DNA of 64,000 bases from Bacteroidales bacterium (GTDB lineage: Bacteria > Bacteroidota > Bacteroidia > Bacteroidales > ML635J-15). The stretch covers positions 7,723-71,722 of the forward strand of contig JAFZLK010000106.1 in assembly GCA_017551515.1 (NCBI GenBank), read 5' to 3'. Below, piece by piece: positions 51,560 through 62,469 of this stretch; the first letter of the stretch is position 1; every line of letters begins with the position of its first letter. Under the pieces are notes generated by a model. It saw nothing but the letters and a program-made list of their open reading frames with translations, was not told the DNA's origin and did not search any database. The position numbers and the translations under genes were made by a program.

Positions 51560-54184
51560 ATGAAGAAAGTACTAACAATCGTAGCACTAACAATTTTCAC
51601 TTTTTGCGCATGCAAAAAGCAAAACGAACAGCATTTCATCACCGATGAAACATACCGCACACAGGTGGAAAACGATTATGAGGCGCGCAAACAACTAGCA
51701 TCAGGCAGAAGCGAGGAATTGTTTTCTGTTTTCAATGAAAACCTCAGTACCGAAGAACGCGAAGCTCTAGAATTTCTGTACGCCTACATGCCATACAGCG
51801 ACCTTGCCGACTACGATGGTGATTTCTTCCTGAACCAAGTGAAATATGCGTTCAAGGCTCGTGACTTTTTCTCATGGGGAAAGAATGTTCCCGAAGATAT
51901 TTTCCGTCATTTTGTGCTGGTGTATCGTGTCAACAACGAAAACCTTGATACTGCGAGAATGTTTATTTTCAATGAGATAAAAGAACGCATAAAAGACTTG
52001 TCCATGTACGATGCCGCATTGGAAGTAAACCACTGGTGTCACGAAAAGGTATGCTACAGAGCATCTGATGCCCGCACATCTGCACCGCTGGCGACAATAC
52101 GCACAGCATTCGGACGATGCGGTGAAGAATCCACATTCACAGTAACAGCACTTAGAGCAGTAGGCATTCCTGCACGCCAATGCTACACACCGCGCTGGGC
52201 GCACACCGACGACAACCATGCATGGGTGGAAGTGTGGGTTGATGGCAAATGGTACTTCTTAGGCGCCTGCGAACCCGATGCCAAACTAGACATGGGATGG
52301 TTTGCCGCACAATCGACACGATGCATGATGGTTCATTCCAATGCTTTCGGCAAATACAAGGGAGACGAGGAAATAAATCATCGCGGAGAACTATTCTCGA
52401 AAATCAACATGCTTCCCAACTATACCGATACCAAGAAGATAACAGTAAAAGTTGTTGACAAGGCAGGCAAAACCGTCGAAAATGCCACCGTACAATTTAA
52501 ACTGTACAATTACGCAGAATACTACCCAATAGCATCAGGCAAAACCGACAAGGAAGGCAACGCAAGCCTGACCACCGGACTTGGCGACTTGCTAATATGG
52601 GCAAGCAAAGACGGCATTTACGACTATGCAAAGATAGATGTTAGACAAACCGACAACATAACGCTTACACTCAACCGCGAAGCAGACAAGGAATACGAAG
52701 AGGATTTCGACATAGTTCCGCCCAATGGCAAGCCAGTGACGACCAACCTCACACCAGACGAAGCAGACAAAAACAACAAACGACTTGCATACGAAGACTC
52801 GATACGAAATGCTTATTTAAAAACTTTCCCTACAGATGCCGAAATTGCAGAAATTAAAAACGAAAACCTTACTGCAGAACAAATTAGCGAGATTGTAAAG
52901 AAAAGCGAAGGCAACTACGAGGAAATCATTTCGTTCCTGAATGAACATTCGAAAAAGAACGAAAACCTATTCCTATACGAATTTCTAAAATCATTGTCTG
53001 ACAAGGATTTGCGCGACACAAAAGCAATAACGCTCAACCAGCATATTGTTGAATATGACAATAAATACACAAAAGATGCCTTCGTAAAAGGCATACTTCC
53101 TGCACGCATCGAGGTTGAAATGATTCGTCCGTGGCGGCAGTTCCTCAGCGAGAAATTCATTGAAATTTTAGGCAATGTCCCCTCATATTCCGACATTTTG
53201 GACTGGACAAAAAACAACATCCCAATCGACAATGAAGGCAACTATTTCAACTGCCCTATTTCGCCACGCGGAGTTTTTGAGCTTCGCCATGCCGACAACC
53301 GTTCGCGCGACATTTTCTTCGTTGCTGTATGCCGTTCGATGAACATTCCTGCATACCTTGACAATGCAACGCGACAGATTTTTGTTTACGAAAACGACAA
53401 ATGGAACATTGTCTCGCTCGAAGAAGAAAAAGCTGTTGCTCCGACAGGCAAACTAGTCCTAAGATACAATGGAAACAAAGATTTAAAGCCACAATACTGG
53501 ACGCATTACACAATTGCAAAGTTTGAAAATGGCGACTTCACAACTTTCGACTACGAAGACGATCCGCGAGTTGCCGAATTTCCTATCAAACTCGACCTCG
53601 AAGAAGGCTACTACATGCTTTCAACAGGCAACCGCTACAGCGACGGCGAAGTCTTGTCGCACTTAGAGTTCTTCAACATTAAGCATGGCGAAACAATAGA
53701 GCGTGAAGTAAAAATACGTCCGTTAGTCCAACGCGAAAAAGCATTTTACGGATTTATTTCAGATAACACACAGATTGAACACAACGGCAAACCCCTAAAC
53801 ATAAAGGACTTGGCAAAAGAAAAACCGCTAGTTCTATGCTTCATCGACCCAGTACGCGAACCGACAAAGCATACTCTAAAAGAATTTGGGGCAATGCGTG
53901 AATCATACGAAAAATGGAACGGAAACATACTGATGGTAATTCCTTCGGAGAAACTTACCGAACCATTCTCGGCTGAAAAATGGAATCTGCCCAAGCAGAC
54001 AATAGTAACCACCGACACCAACGGACTTTTGGAAAAGATTCTTGCCGACACCAAGCAGCAGTACAACGACAATCCGCCGCTAATATTCCTTATTGACAAG
54101 AATGGCAAAATATTTTTCCGTTCCGACGGATATAGGATTGGCACGGCGGAACTGATTTTCAAAAGTTTGGCTAATGGCAATTAG
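51560..54184 (+). CDS. lipoprotein with transglutaminase-like core and C-terminal thioredoxin-like fold lacking CxxC
   Basis: Lipobox FCAC. The GRCGEESTF nucleophile region is followed by H and D further on. The C-terminal TlpA-like segment has FIDPVREPTKH where WCxPC is expected. Confidence 0.7.
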   Translation: MKKVLTIVALTIFTFCACKKQNEQHFITDETYRTQVENDYEARKQLASGRSEELFSVFNENLSTEEREALEFLYAYMPYSDLADYDGDFFLNQVKYAFKARDFFSWGKNVPEDIFRHFVLVYRVNNENLDTARMFIFNEIKERIKDLSMYDAALEVNHWCHEKVCYRASDARTSAPLATIRTAFGRCGEESTFTVTALRAVGIPARQCYTPRWAHTDDNHAWVEVWVDGKWYFLGACEPDAKLDMGWFAAQSTRCMMVHSNAFGKYKGDEEINHRGELFSKINMLPNYTDTKKITVKVVDKAGKTVENATVQFKLYNYAEYYPIASGKTDKEGNASLTTGLGDLLIWASKDGIYDYAKIDVRQTDNITLTLNREADKEYEEDFDIVPPNGKPVTTNLTPDEADKNNKRLAYEDSIRNAYLKTFPTDAEIAEIKNENLTAEQISEIVKKSEGNYEEIISFLNEHSKKNENLFLYEFLKSLSDKDLRDTKAITLNQHIVEYDNKYTKDAFVKGILPARIEVEMIRPWRQFLSEKFIEILGNVPSYSDILDWTKNNIPIDNEGNYFNCPISPRGVFELRHADNRSRDIFFVAVCRSMNIPAYLDNATRQIFVYENDKWNIVSLEEEKAVAPTGKLVLRYNGNKDLKPQYWTHYTIAKFENGDFTTFDYEDDPRVAEFPIKLDLEEGYYMLSTGNRYSDGEVLSHLEFFNIKHGETIEREVKIRPLVQREKAFYGFISDNTQIEHNGKPLNIKDLAKEKPLVLCFIDPVREPTKHTLKEFGAMRESYEKWNGNILMVIPSEKLTEPFSAEKWNLPKQTIVTTDTNGLLEKILADTKQQYNDNPPLIFLIDKNGKIFFRSDGYRIGTAELIFKSLANGN

Positions 54185-56694
54185 AAGCCAACTGCAAATC
54201 TCATACGAATACCATGCCGAGCAGAGAAATCGTTATATAATTCTTTTTGGTTAATACGGAACACATATTCTATCTGTAAGCACTTGAAAAGGTTTGCAAT
54301 TCCTACTCCAGCCTCCATATACGGAATCAATGTAGGTTCCCTCAAATAATCAGGCATCTCAAATATCTCACCGTGTTTTTTATTCTGCAACTTGCCATAA
54401 AAAATCTTGAACGAATATATTTCGCGAAGTTTCAACTTCTTTATCAACGGTATGTGATTAAAAATCATACCATATGTGCTGAAATAAATATGTGCGTGGG
54501 CATATATGTCGCTAACAAAAGAGGAATGATGCAGCAAGTTGAAATGGTAGCGTGCCTGTCCCAAATCCATCGCACCCTGTGGCATGTGAAGCAATGGGAA
54601 CGGCACATCGCCAAGCACACCGCCAACCTCTACCATATACAAAATCATAAGCTTATTGCTGACATTTAAACGCTGCTTGAGTGAAAAATTAGCACACCAA
54701 TACAAATCCGATTTCTCTATTGCATGAACATCGTAGTAACCGCCCATAAGCGACAGGTTATAAACAGGAAGTCCATTTCCAAAGTACATGCGTGTGAAAA
54801 AATCCTCCTCAAATGTCTGGTCATGTGAAAAACGCAAATTAAGCAATAGCGTGTATGTCATAAAACTTTTGATTTCGGGAAGTTCAATGCCAGAGCCATC
54901 GTCATGTGCATGAAAGTCCAAGAATGCATTATTTTCAAACAATTCCATTTTCGGTCGTACAAGAAGCGAAAACGAGTTGCTAATATCATACTCAAATGTC
55001 AAATCCAAAGTCCGGCTACGCATCATATATGGATTGGGCTTGTATGTAGTTACCGATGAAATGAAGTTTCCAGACCCCTGTTGCGATGGCTGTTCTTTTG
55101 TAAACTCACCAAACTTATTGTGTGTTAGTTCAAAATAATCATATCGCGTATTCACCGTAAGTATCGACCTGTGCTTGGAATTCAACTTGTACGCCACAGT
55201 ACCGCCATAAGCCAACTCCTTGTTCCTCAATCCCATGCCTATATAACCTCCGACAAAAAAACGCTTCGAAACCTTGCTGCTTGTACGCAAAGGTATTGAA
55301 AAACGCGGGCCTTCTATCAAGTTATTATGGAAAAACATATAATGCGGACCTAGATCGACATATCCTAAATTGTAGTAACCAAACATACACATATACGTGA
55401 ACTTGTCGGCAAAACGGAACCACCCGTTCTTATGGAATTCCTTTATGCCTTCGTATGCCTGATTCTCAAAAGAATCAAGCGGTGTTTTTATCTTTGAAAG
55501 GATCTCCTCCTCCGACATCAGTGGAACATCGTCTATGACTGGCGTACTATCATTCTCCGATGACACCGTATCCTTAGGCTCAACAATGAAGGTATTGATT
55601 TTTTTCACTGCAAACGACTGCGTCTTGGTACTGGTGCTGTCGTGCGTTACAATCGACATGTTCATCCTCAACGACTGCGCACTATAGAACCATTTTCCCA
55701 AGTTATTTTTCTCGTATGACACATCAATAACCACATCGGACACAAAATTTATATTAGCACTGTTAGGCACAACCGCACGAATCTCCGTTATCGCCCAGCA
55801 GTCGGATGTAGCCCACAGATGCCCCTCAAAAGCAAGCGACCTTTTGCTTTTGGGAAAGAAATTAAATTTATACTGCTTGACACCGTCCTTCATTACACTA
55901 TCGGAAAGATACACATTGTAATCGAAAATAGAAGTGGAACCGACTGGACTCGGCACTCCTCTTGTAAATATATCAAGCTGATTGTTATAAAAATTTAGTT
56001 CGGTGGTTATCTTGTCCAGCACAACAGTCTTAATTTCGGCACTAATACCCGATAAAATCATTGCACATGTATCGTTAAGCACCTCTATATCCTCGTTACT
56101 TGCCCGTTTTCCTCTAACATGCCGCAAAAGTTGCTCCATAATCAAAAAAGGCATCCTGACCGTGGAATCCGTCTCCTGAACAAAAGCAGATGAGGACTTT
56201 CCAAGAATTTTGGACTTTGTTATTCTCTTTTGTTTTATTCCTGTCAAAAATATCGTGGTTCGCGAATAATCATTGTAAGTTATGTTTGTTATCAAATCTG
56301 GATTATTATGCTTACGATTCTCTATAATCTTGTTAAGCAACATCCTATCGTACGAATAGTCGGGCTTGACAACAATTTCATCTATCACCTGAACATCTTC
56401 TTCAAGTAATATTTCAATAGCCGATTCGTTGGAAACCTCAATTTCGACAGGAACATATCCCAAGAAACTTGCCACAATATCACATGGCAACTTCTTAACT
56501 CTGAACTTGAAAAAACCATTTTCGTCAGTCGTCGTACCTATTGCAGCATCCTTAACATATACTGAAACATACTGCAAAGGAAAACCCGTCTTGGCTTCAT
56601 ACACATATCCTTTGATTTCCTGGGAGAACGAATACAATGCCAGCGACAAAAAAACAACGATAAGCAAAGCTCTTTTCATACAACAATCACGCAT
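54181..56694 (-). CDS. carboxypeptidase-regulatory-like domain plus DUF5686-like outer-membrane protein
   Basis: N-terminal GYVYEAKTGFPLQYVSVYV..TTTDENGFFKF CarbopepD_reg-like domain and a large beta-rich C-terminus. The likely true start is the ATG at 56679 (MKRALLIVVF). Confidence 0.65.
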   Translation of the reverse strand: MRDCCMKRALLIVVFLSLALYSFSQEIKGYVYEAKTGFPLQYVSVYVKDAAIGTTTDENGFFKFRVKKLPCDIVASFLGYVPVEIEVSNESAIEILLEEDVQVIDEIVVKPDYSYDRMLLNKIIENRKHNNPDLITNITYNDYSRTTIFLTGIKQKRITKSKILGKSSSAFVQETDSTVRMPFLIMEQLLRHVRGKRASNEDIEVLNDTCAMILSGISAEIKTVVLDKITTELNFYNNQLDIFTRGVPSPVGSTSIFDYNVYLSDSVMKDGVKQYKFNFFPKSKRSLAFEGHLWATSDCWAITEIRAVVPNSANINFVSDVVIDVSYEKNNLGKWFYSAQSLRMNMSIVTHDSTSTKTQSFAVKKINTFIVEPKDTVSSENDSTPVIDDVPLMSEEEILSKIKTPLDSFENQAYEGIKEFHKNGWFRFADKFTYMCMFGYYNLGYVDLGPHYMFFHNNLIEGPRFSIPLRTSSKVSKRFFVGGYIGMGLRNKELAYGGTVAYKLNSKHRSILTVNTRYDYFELTHNKFGEFTKEQPSQQGSGNFISSVTTYKPNPYMMRSRTLDLTFEYDISNSFSLLVRPKMELFENNAFLDFHAHDDGSGIELPEIKSFMTYTLLLNLRFSHDQTFEEDFFTRMYFGNGLPVYNLSLMGGYYDVHAIEKSDLYWCANFSLKQRLNVSNKLMILYMVEVGGVLGDVPFPLLHMPQGAMDLGQARYHFNLLHHSSFVSDIYAHAHIYFSTYGMIFNHIPLIKKLKLREIYSFKIFYGKLQNKKHGEIFEMPDYLREPTLIPYMEAGVGIANLFKCLQIEYVFRINQKELYNDFSARHGIRMRFAVGF

Positions 56695-57015
56695 TGCCCA
56701 TCATTTTTCAACAACACCGACCGAAAAAGCATTATCTGCGAATATTTTTCGTAACCATACAAATGACTTCTATAATTTTACTTAAAGCACCTAATCTTCT
56801 GCTTTTGCGAAGTCCGTTATACAAAAGGAAGATTTTTATGGCATTGCAAAATTATATTTTTTTTAGGTATATAACGAAGTATTTGTATACAAAAATTCAC
56901 AACTGACACACGCAATTAATACTCTATGTACCAACACATTGCTTATATAAATTAACAATAAAGCATGGCTCAAAGAGACATCTCTAAAATTTTCAATGAT
57001 TGTATTTAACGCCTA

Positions 57016-58806
57016 TCAATCAAGCTTTAGCACAGCAAGGAATGCCGACTGCGGAACTTCAACAGAACCTATCTGGCGCATACGCTTCTTTCCTTCCTTC
57101 TGCTTTTCGAGCAACTTGCGCTTACGGGTAATATCGCCACCATAACACTTTGCTGTAACATCCTTACGCACAGCCTTTACCGTCTCACGAGCGATAATCT
57201 TGCCGCCTATTGCCGCCTGAATTGCAACATCAAACTGATGACGTGGAATGAGTTCCTTCAACTTTTCACACATACGACGACCAAAAGTCTGGGCATTGCT
57301 AACATGCGTCAAGGTTGAAAGCGCATCTACCATTTCTCCGTTAAGCAAAATGTCAAGGCGTACAAGTTTCGACAGCTTGTATTCAGACTGATAGTAATCG
57401 AACGATGCATACCCCTTCGAAATACTCTTCAGCTTGTCGTAGAAATCGAAAACAATCTCACCCAAAGGCAAATCGAAATGCAACTCCACCCTATCGGCAC
57501 TCAAGTAAACCTGATTGAGGAAAGTGCCGCGCTTGTCGATGCACAATTTAATTATAGGTCCAACATAATCGGCTTTTGTGATGATAGTGCCGCGAATGAA
57601 CGGTTCCTCAACATGGTCAAGGTAATTTGGACCAGGCATTCCCGAAGGATTGTGAACTTCAACCTTTTCGCCCTTGGTTGTGTATGCAAGATACTGAACA
57701 TTAGGCACTGTTGTAATGACATCCATCTTAAACTCGCGGTCAAGACGCTCCTGCACGATTTCCATGTGAAGTAATCCGAGGAATCCACAACGGAAACCGA
57801 ATCCCAACGCAGCCGACGATTCCAAATCGTAGGTCAGAGATGCATCGTTTAGTTGCAGTTTTTCTATAGAAGCGCGGAGTTCCTCGTAATCATCCGCATC
57901 GACAGGATAAATACCAGCATAAAGCATTGGCTTCACCTCGGAAAATCCAGCAATTGCCTCAGCACAAGGTCTTTCCACATGAGTAATAGTATCGCCAACC
58001 TTAACTTCGACGGCTGTCTTAATACCAGAAATTATATAGCCCACATCGCCAGCCGATAAGGTTTTGCGTGGAGCGTAATCCATCTTCAATACGCCAATTT
58101 CCTCGGCATTGTACTCACGACCTGTATTTACAAACTTTACCAAATCCTTTGCATTAACCGTACCGTTGAAAATGCGGAAATACACGACTATTCCGCGGAA
58201 TGCATTGAATACCGAATCGAAAATCAACGCCTCAAAAGGTGCCTCAGGGTCGCCTTTTGGCGCAGGAATCCTGTTTACAATTGCCTCAAGCACTTCTTCT
58301 ACCCCTTCGCCAGTCTTGCCACTTGCACGAAGAATATCCTCTCGGTCGCAACCGATAAGGTCAATGATTTGGTCTTCAACCAATTCGGGCATAGCCGCAT
58401 CAAGGTCAATCTTGTTCAGCACAGGAATAATTTCCAAATCGTGGTCTATTGCCTGATACAACACAGAAATAGTCTGTGCCTGAACACCTTGCGTAGCATC
58501 TACCACCAACAAAGCTCCCTCGCAAGCAGCAATGGAACGACTGACCTCGTATGAAAAGTCAACATGTCCAGGAGTATCAATAAGATTCAGAACATACTTT
58601 TGTCCGTCCTTTGCCTCATAGTCCATTTGTATGGCATGGCTCTTAATGGTAATACCGCGCTCGCGTTCCAAGTCCATGTCATCTAGAACCTGATTCTGGA
58701 AATTTCGGTCGGAAACTGTACCCGTATATTGTAAAAGACGGTCGGCCAAGGTGCTTTTACCATGGTCGATATGTGCTATGATACAAAAGTTGCGTATGTT
58801 CTTCAT
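57016..58806 (-). CDS. lepA: translation elongation factor 4
   Basis: [32 protein letters not shown] and the C-terminal LepA domain. 596 aa. Confidence 0.95.
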   Translation of the reverse strand: MKNIRNFCIIAHIDHGKSTLADRLLQYTGTVSDRNFQNQVLDDMDLERERGITIKSHAIQMDYEAKDGQKYVLNLIDTPGHVDFSYEVSRSIAACEGALLVVDATQGVQAQTISVLYQAIDHDLEIIPVLNKIDLDAAMPELVEDQIIDLIGCDREDILRASGKTGEGVEEVLEAIVNRIPAPKGDPEAPFEALIFDSVFNAFRGIVVYFRIFNGTVNAKDLVKFVNTGREYNAEEIGVLKMDYAPRKTLSAGDVGYIISGIKTAVEVKVGDTITHVERPCAEAIAGFSEVKPMLYAGIYPVDADDYEELRASIEKLQLNDASLTYDLESSAALGFGFRCGFLGLLHMEIVQERLDREFKMDVITTVPNVQYLAYTTKGEKVEVHNPSGMPGPNYLDHVEEPFIRGTIITKADYVGPIIKLCIDKRGTFLNQVYLSADRVELHFDLPLGEIVFDFYDKLKSISKGYASFDYYQSEYKLSKLVRLDILLNGEMVDALSTLTHVSNAQTFGRRMCEKLKELIPRHQFDVAIQAAIGGKIIARETVKAVRKDVTAKCYGGDITRKRKLLEKQKEGKKRMRQIGSVEVPQSAFLAVLKLD

Positions 58807-58833
58807 TAACTATGTTTTTTCAAAATCAACGCG

Positions 58834-58841
58834 CAAAATTA
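58834..58841 (-). promoter_or_regulatory. candidate -7 box (TAATTTTG on the minus strand) for lepA
   Basis: caaaatta on the plus strand, 27 nt upstream of the lepA ATG. Confidence 0.4.
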
Positions 58842-59043
58842 CATAAAAACAGCGACTTCTGAAAACATATGCCAAACAAAACTGGCGATTTGCTTTGAAA
58901 CAAATTTCCACAATCAGCACAATGCATTAAATACCAATACATTACCAACACAAAAATAATAATTTACAAAAAAATCAGAAAATATGCAATATTTAGGAAT
59001 TATTATGTATCTTTACACCGAATATGCACTAAATTTTTCGATT

Positions 59044-60198
59044 ATGAGAACTACAATATTAATATTGATGGCATTAGCAATATTAGTTATGCCAATTACA
59101 GCACAAAACATAACACGCACCGACGACAACGGCAACACACTGTATTTCGGACTAAGGTCAAACAAAGCCAACAAGTACGACAAGGTGAAAACACCGCCTT
59201 CATACGAAGTCATTGCACCACTCACACCTGCCGTAGGCAAGTCGGAAACCGTAAAAAACGCCATTGATACAATGTGGGTGCCTTTTGTTTATGAAACAAT
59301 TCAGAAGTACAACAACGACATAAACGGAATTGTGACTGTACCAAAACGCATCAACTACCAAGGTGTAAACTATCCAATTACAAGCATTGGCACTCAAGCG
59401 TTCAAGGATTGTAAAAAGTTGAAAAAGGTGCTTCTGCCACTATCGGTTACAGAAATCGGAAACGAAGCATTCAGCGGATGCATCGAACTAACAGAAATTG
59501 CACTACCACCAGAACTCAAAAAAATAGGCAATTTTGCTTTCGAGCATTGCAAAAAAGTGAAAACCATCGAATTATACAGCGAAACACCACCAGAGTTCGG
59601 TCAGCACAGCGACTTCTACCTATATGGTGTAACACTTGTAGTTCCTCCCAAAACAGCCGATATATACAGCACAAAGGAACCGTGGAGCGACGCAAAGTCA
59701 ATTGTTGAACGCACCGACAACACCACGTCAAGCATATTTTGGGCGACAGCCGAAACTGGTCAGAAATTCATCTGCAAGATTACCAATCAGGACGAAGGCA
59801 CAGCATCTATCATTTCATACGGCATAATGACGCCATACATCAACAGCGAAGAATCGTACGACGATGTTGCCGGAGAAATGAAAATTCCGTTCTCAGCAAA
59901 AAAAGAGGAAGTACCTTTCAACATCAACACGTTGGAACAAAACGCATTCAATAGTTGCGACCTAACAAACGTAAGAATCCCAGCCACAATAACCAAGATT
60001 GAAAAAGGAGCATTCAAAAACTGCAAGCAACTGACATATGTCAGAATTGACGGTGGAAATGTTGAAATAGCAGAAGATGCCTTTGAAGGACTTCCTGAAG
60101 ATGCAGTTCTTTCTGTACCAAAACTTTGTGGTTCGTACTACAAGCAACTTCCTGCATGCAAAAAGTTCAAGGAAATAAAGGAAGCAATGTCTAAGTAA
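59044..60198 (+). CDS. BspA-like leucine-rich-repeat surface protein
   Basis: Signal peptide from the ATG at 59044. Repeated units of the IG..AF..C..L..I.LP type. Confidence 0.7.
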   Translation: MRTTILILMALAILVMPITAQNITRTDDNGNTLYFGLRSNKANKYDKVKTPPSYEVIAPLTPAVGKSETVKNAIDTMWVPFVYETIQKYNNDINGIVTVPKRINYQGVNYPITSIGTQAFKDCKKLKKVLLPLSVTEIGNEAFSGCIELTEIALPPELKKIGNFAFEHCKKVKTIELYSETPPEFGQHSDFYLYGVTLVVPPKTADIYSTKEPWSDAKSIVERTDNTTSSIFWATAETGQKFICKITNQDEGTASIISYGIMTPYINSEESYDDVAGEMKIPFSAKKEEVPFNINTLEQNAFNSCDLTNVRIPATITKIEKGAFKNCKQLTYVRIDGGNVEIAEDAFEGLPEDAVLSVPKLCGSYYKQLPACKKFKEIKEAMSK

Positions 60199-60318
60199 TT
60201 CAAAGATTGCTTACGCGAACTAAAGGTTCAAAGATTCAAAGATTTGAAAATTCAATTATTTGAAAAAGCATAGGTTTGAAATCCAAAGTATATGCCTTGT
60301 ATTCTAAAATAAGGTGCT

Positions 60319-62343
60319 TTGAGAAATATAACCATATATATTGTCATTCTGATTGCTGCATTATCCACAACAAACACCTATGGTCAAGTAGCATTTACCG
60401 ACAGCAACCTGCCGATTATAGTCATAAACACTTGTGGCAATACCATAAACAACGAAAATCCTATTAGGTCAACCATGAAAATAATCTTCCACGAAGACGG
60501 AAATAGGAATTATTTGTCAGACACCTCGAATCTGCAAGCACTGAACTACAACGGATACATTCAAATAAAATTACGAGGCAACTCTTCTCAATATCAGACA
60601 AAAAAGCCATACTCGATTCACACTATTCATGTCAACAACGACAATAACAATGTAAGCTTGCTTGGACTGCCGCCGGAAAACGACTGGGTTCTGAACAACA
60701 TAGCATTCGACCCCTCATATATCCGCGACTTCATATCGTATGGCCTGTCAGAAAAAATGGGCAATTACGCGCCTAGATGCCGCTTCTGCGAAGTAGTTAT
60801 TGACGGCAACTATGAAGGTCTGTACGTTTTTACAGAAAAGATGAAAGCTGACAAAAATAGAATTGACATTGAAAAAACGCCAGAAAATCCGTATAATAGC
60901 AGCGATTATGGTTACATTATAAAAGCAGATAGAGATATAAACCAAACTTCATGGTTCGACTACCCATACCACACATCATATTGCGATTCAATAATGTATT
61001 CGATAACTTATCCTAAAATAGAAAACATAAGACCGTCAGAAATTGAATACATGCACAACTATTATTTTGAACTCACAGAAAATATTCATGAACAGAACGA
61101 TGCCATTGATATCGGCTTTCCTTCTATGATTGACATTCAGTCGTTCATTGATTTTATGCTTATTGGCGAATTTTCATCAAATGTTGACATTTACCAGCTT
61201 AGTACATATCTACACAAGGATGCTAAAGGAAAACTTCGTGCGGGTCCAGTATGGGATTTCAACCTTACATTCGGCAACGACATACAGACCAACCGCAGCC
61301 GCTACAATGTATGGCAATTCTCGAACTACACAAACGAAGGTGCAAAATTTTGGACAGACCTTTTCAACAATTCAACATACCGCTGCCACATGTCAAAACG
61401 ATGGCACGAAGTTACGGCCGAAAGCCAGCCATTAAACTACGAAAACGTATGTTCGTTCATTGACGAAACACAATCAATTATTGCAGAAGCAGTTCCTCGT
61501 GATTGCGCCAGATGGCAAACTACAAACCACCAAGCAAGCAACATAGACTCGATGAAAAACTGGATACAAAAACGCGTGGAATGGATGAACAACAACATCG
61601 GTTCGTGCGAACAATGTCAAGACGAATCTGTTCCTGACCTTGTTATTTCCAGCATTAACTACAACCCGCCACAACAAAGCTTAATCAACAGTGACAAACT
61701 GGAATTCATAGAGATAACCAACAACAGCGACGAGCGAGTAAACCTAACAGGAATATATTTCGGAGGAATGGGACTATGCTATACTTTCCCGGTTAATTCA
61801 TTCCTAATGCCAAACCAAAAGGCTACAATATGCTCCGACAGCCTGCAATTCGTATCCCACTACGCACAAATACCATTCGGACAATATACGCGACAACTTT
61901 CCGATCAATCACAACGATTAGTTCTATACGATGCATGGTGCAATCTCATTGATGAAGTAACATATAGTTGCAATCCGCCATGGCCAGAGGAAGCCAATGG
62001 TCACGGCTATTTTCTCGAGCTTATTGACATAAACTCCGACAACAGCCTCGCCGAAAACTGGAGAGCGACAAAAATACCTTCATCCGAAATAGAAATATCT
62101 CAGCAAAGAGCCTCAATGGTATACCCCAACCCATTTTACGACTTTATACAAATAGAAACTAACACGCCCGAAACGACATATAGTATCATTAATGCCATCG
62201 GTCACGAAGTATTTTCGGGAGAATTCACCGGCAACGCAACAACAATAGACACAAGCGAACTTCCTGCAGGAATCTATATTATAAGAATAAAGTCGGACGA
62301 AGAAACTATCTGTCTAAAGATTGTAAAGGTGATAAAAGGCTAG
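60319..62343 (+). CDS. CotH-family protein with lamin-tail-like domain and T9SS C-terminal sorting domain
   Basis: TTG start followed by a good signal peptide. CotH core (YIRDFISYGL..CRFCEVVIDGNYEGLYVFTEK), an LTD-like segment (LEFIEITNNSDERVNLTG), and a CTD (VYPNPFYDFIQI..GIYIIRIKSD). Confidence 0.75.
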   Translation: MRNITIYIVILIAALSTTNTYGQVAFTDSNLPIIVINTCGNTINNENPIRSTMKIIFHEDGNRNYLSDTSNLQALNYNGYIQIKLRGNSSQYQTKKPYSIHTIHVNNDNNNVSLLGLPPENDWVLNNIAFDPSYIRDFISYGLSEKMGNYAPRCRFCEVVIDGNYEGLYVFTEKMKADKNRIDIEKTPENPYNSSDYGYIIKADRDINQTSWFDYPYHTSYCDSIMYSITYPKIENIRPSEIEYMHNYYFELTENIHEQNDAIDIGFPSMIDIQSFIDFMLIGEFSSNVDIYQLSTYLHKDAKGKLRAGPVWDFNLTFGNDIQTNRSRYNVWQFSNYTNEGAKFWTDLFNNSTYRCHMSKRWHEVTAESQPLNYENVCSFIDETQSIIAEAVPRDCARWQTTNHQASNIDSMKNWIQKRVEWMNNNIGSCEQCQDESVPDLVISSINYNPPQQSLINSDKLEFIEITNNSDERVNLTGIYFGGMGLCYTFPVNSFLMPNQKATICSDSLQFVSHYAQIPFGQYTRQLSDQSQRLVLYDAWCNLIDEVTYSCNPPWPEEANGHGYFLELIDINSDNSLAENWRATKIPSSEIEISQQRASMVYPNPFYDFIQIETNTPETTYSIINAIGHEVFSGEFTGNATTIDTSELPAGIYIIRIKSDEETICLKIVKVIKG

Positions 62344-62442
62344 AAGAAGAAAAGGCTAAAAGTCCCCAATAGGCTTCAAGCCTGTTAGCCTTTATGCTTG
62401 CAATCATTCTAAAATCGTAATTCGTAAATCGTAAATTAAACT

Positions 62443-62450
62443 TATCTTTG
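62443..62450 (+). promoter_or_regulatory. candidate -7 box (TATCTTTG) for the YfcC-type transporter gene
   Basis: Lies 19 nt upstream of the ATG at 62470. Confidence 0.4.
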
Positions 62451-62469
62451 CACACAAATTTTGCAAACG

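Noticed and set aside
51037-51660. 207-aa minus-strand ORF spanning the cutC 3' half and the start of the transglutaminase gene.
   Set aside because: It is antisense to two well-supported genes and crosses their intergenic spacer. The translation is Ser/Cys/Phe-rich with no motif.
56847-56912. Possible third, partial copy of the operator-like motif upstream of the DUF5686-like gene (gtatacaaaaattcacaactgacac, 20 nt upstream of a CAAAATTA box).
   Set aside because: Only one half-site plus the ctgac tail is present. The 21-bp two-site architecture is missing, and the implied 5' UTR would be about 150 nt. The similarity may be chance in AT-rich DNA. It is worth including in a genome-wide motif scan, but I do not claim it.
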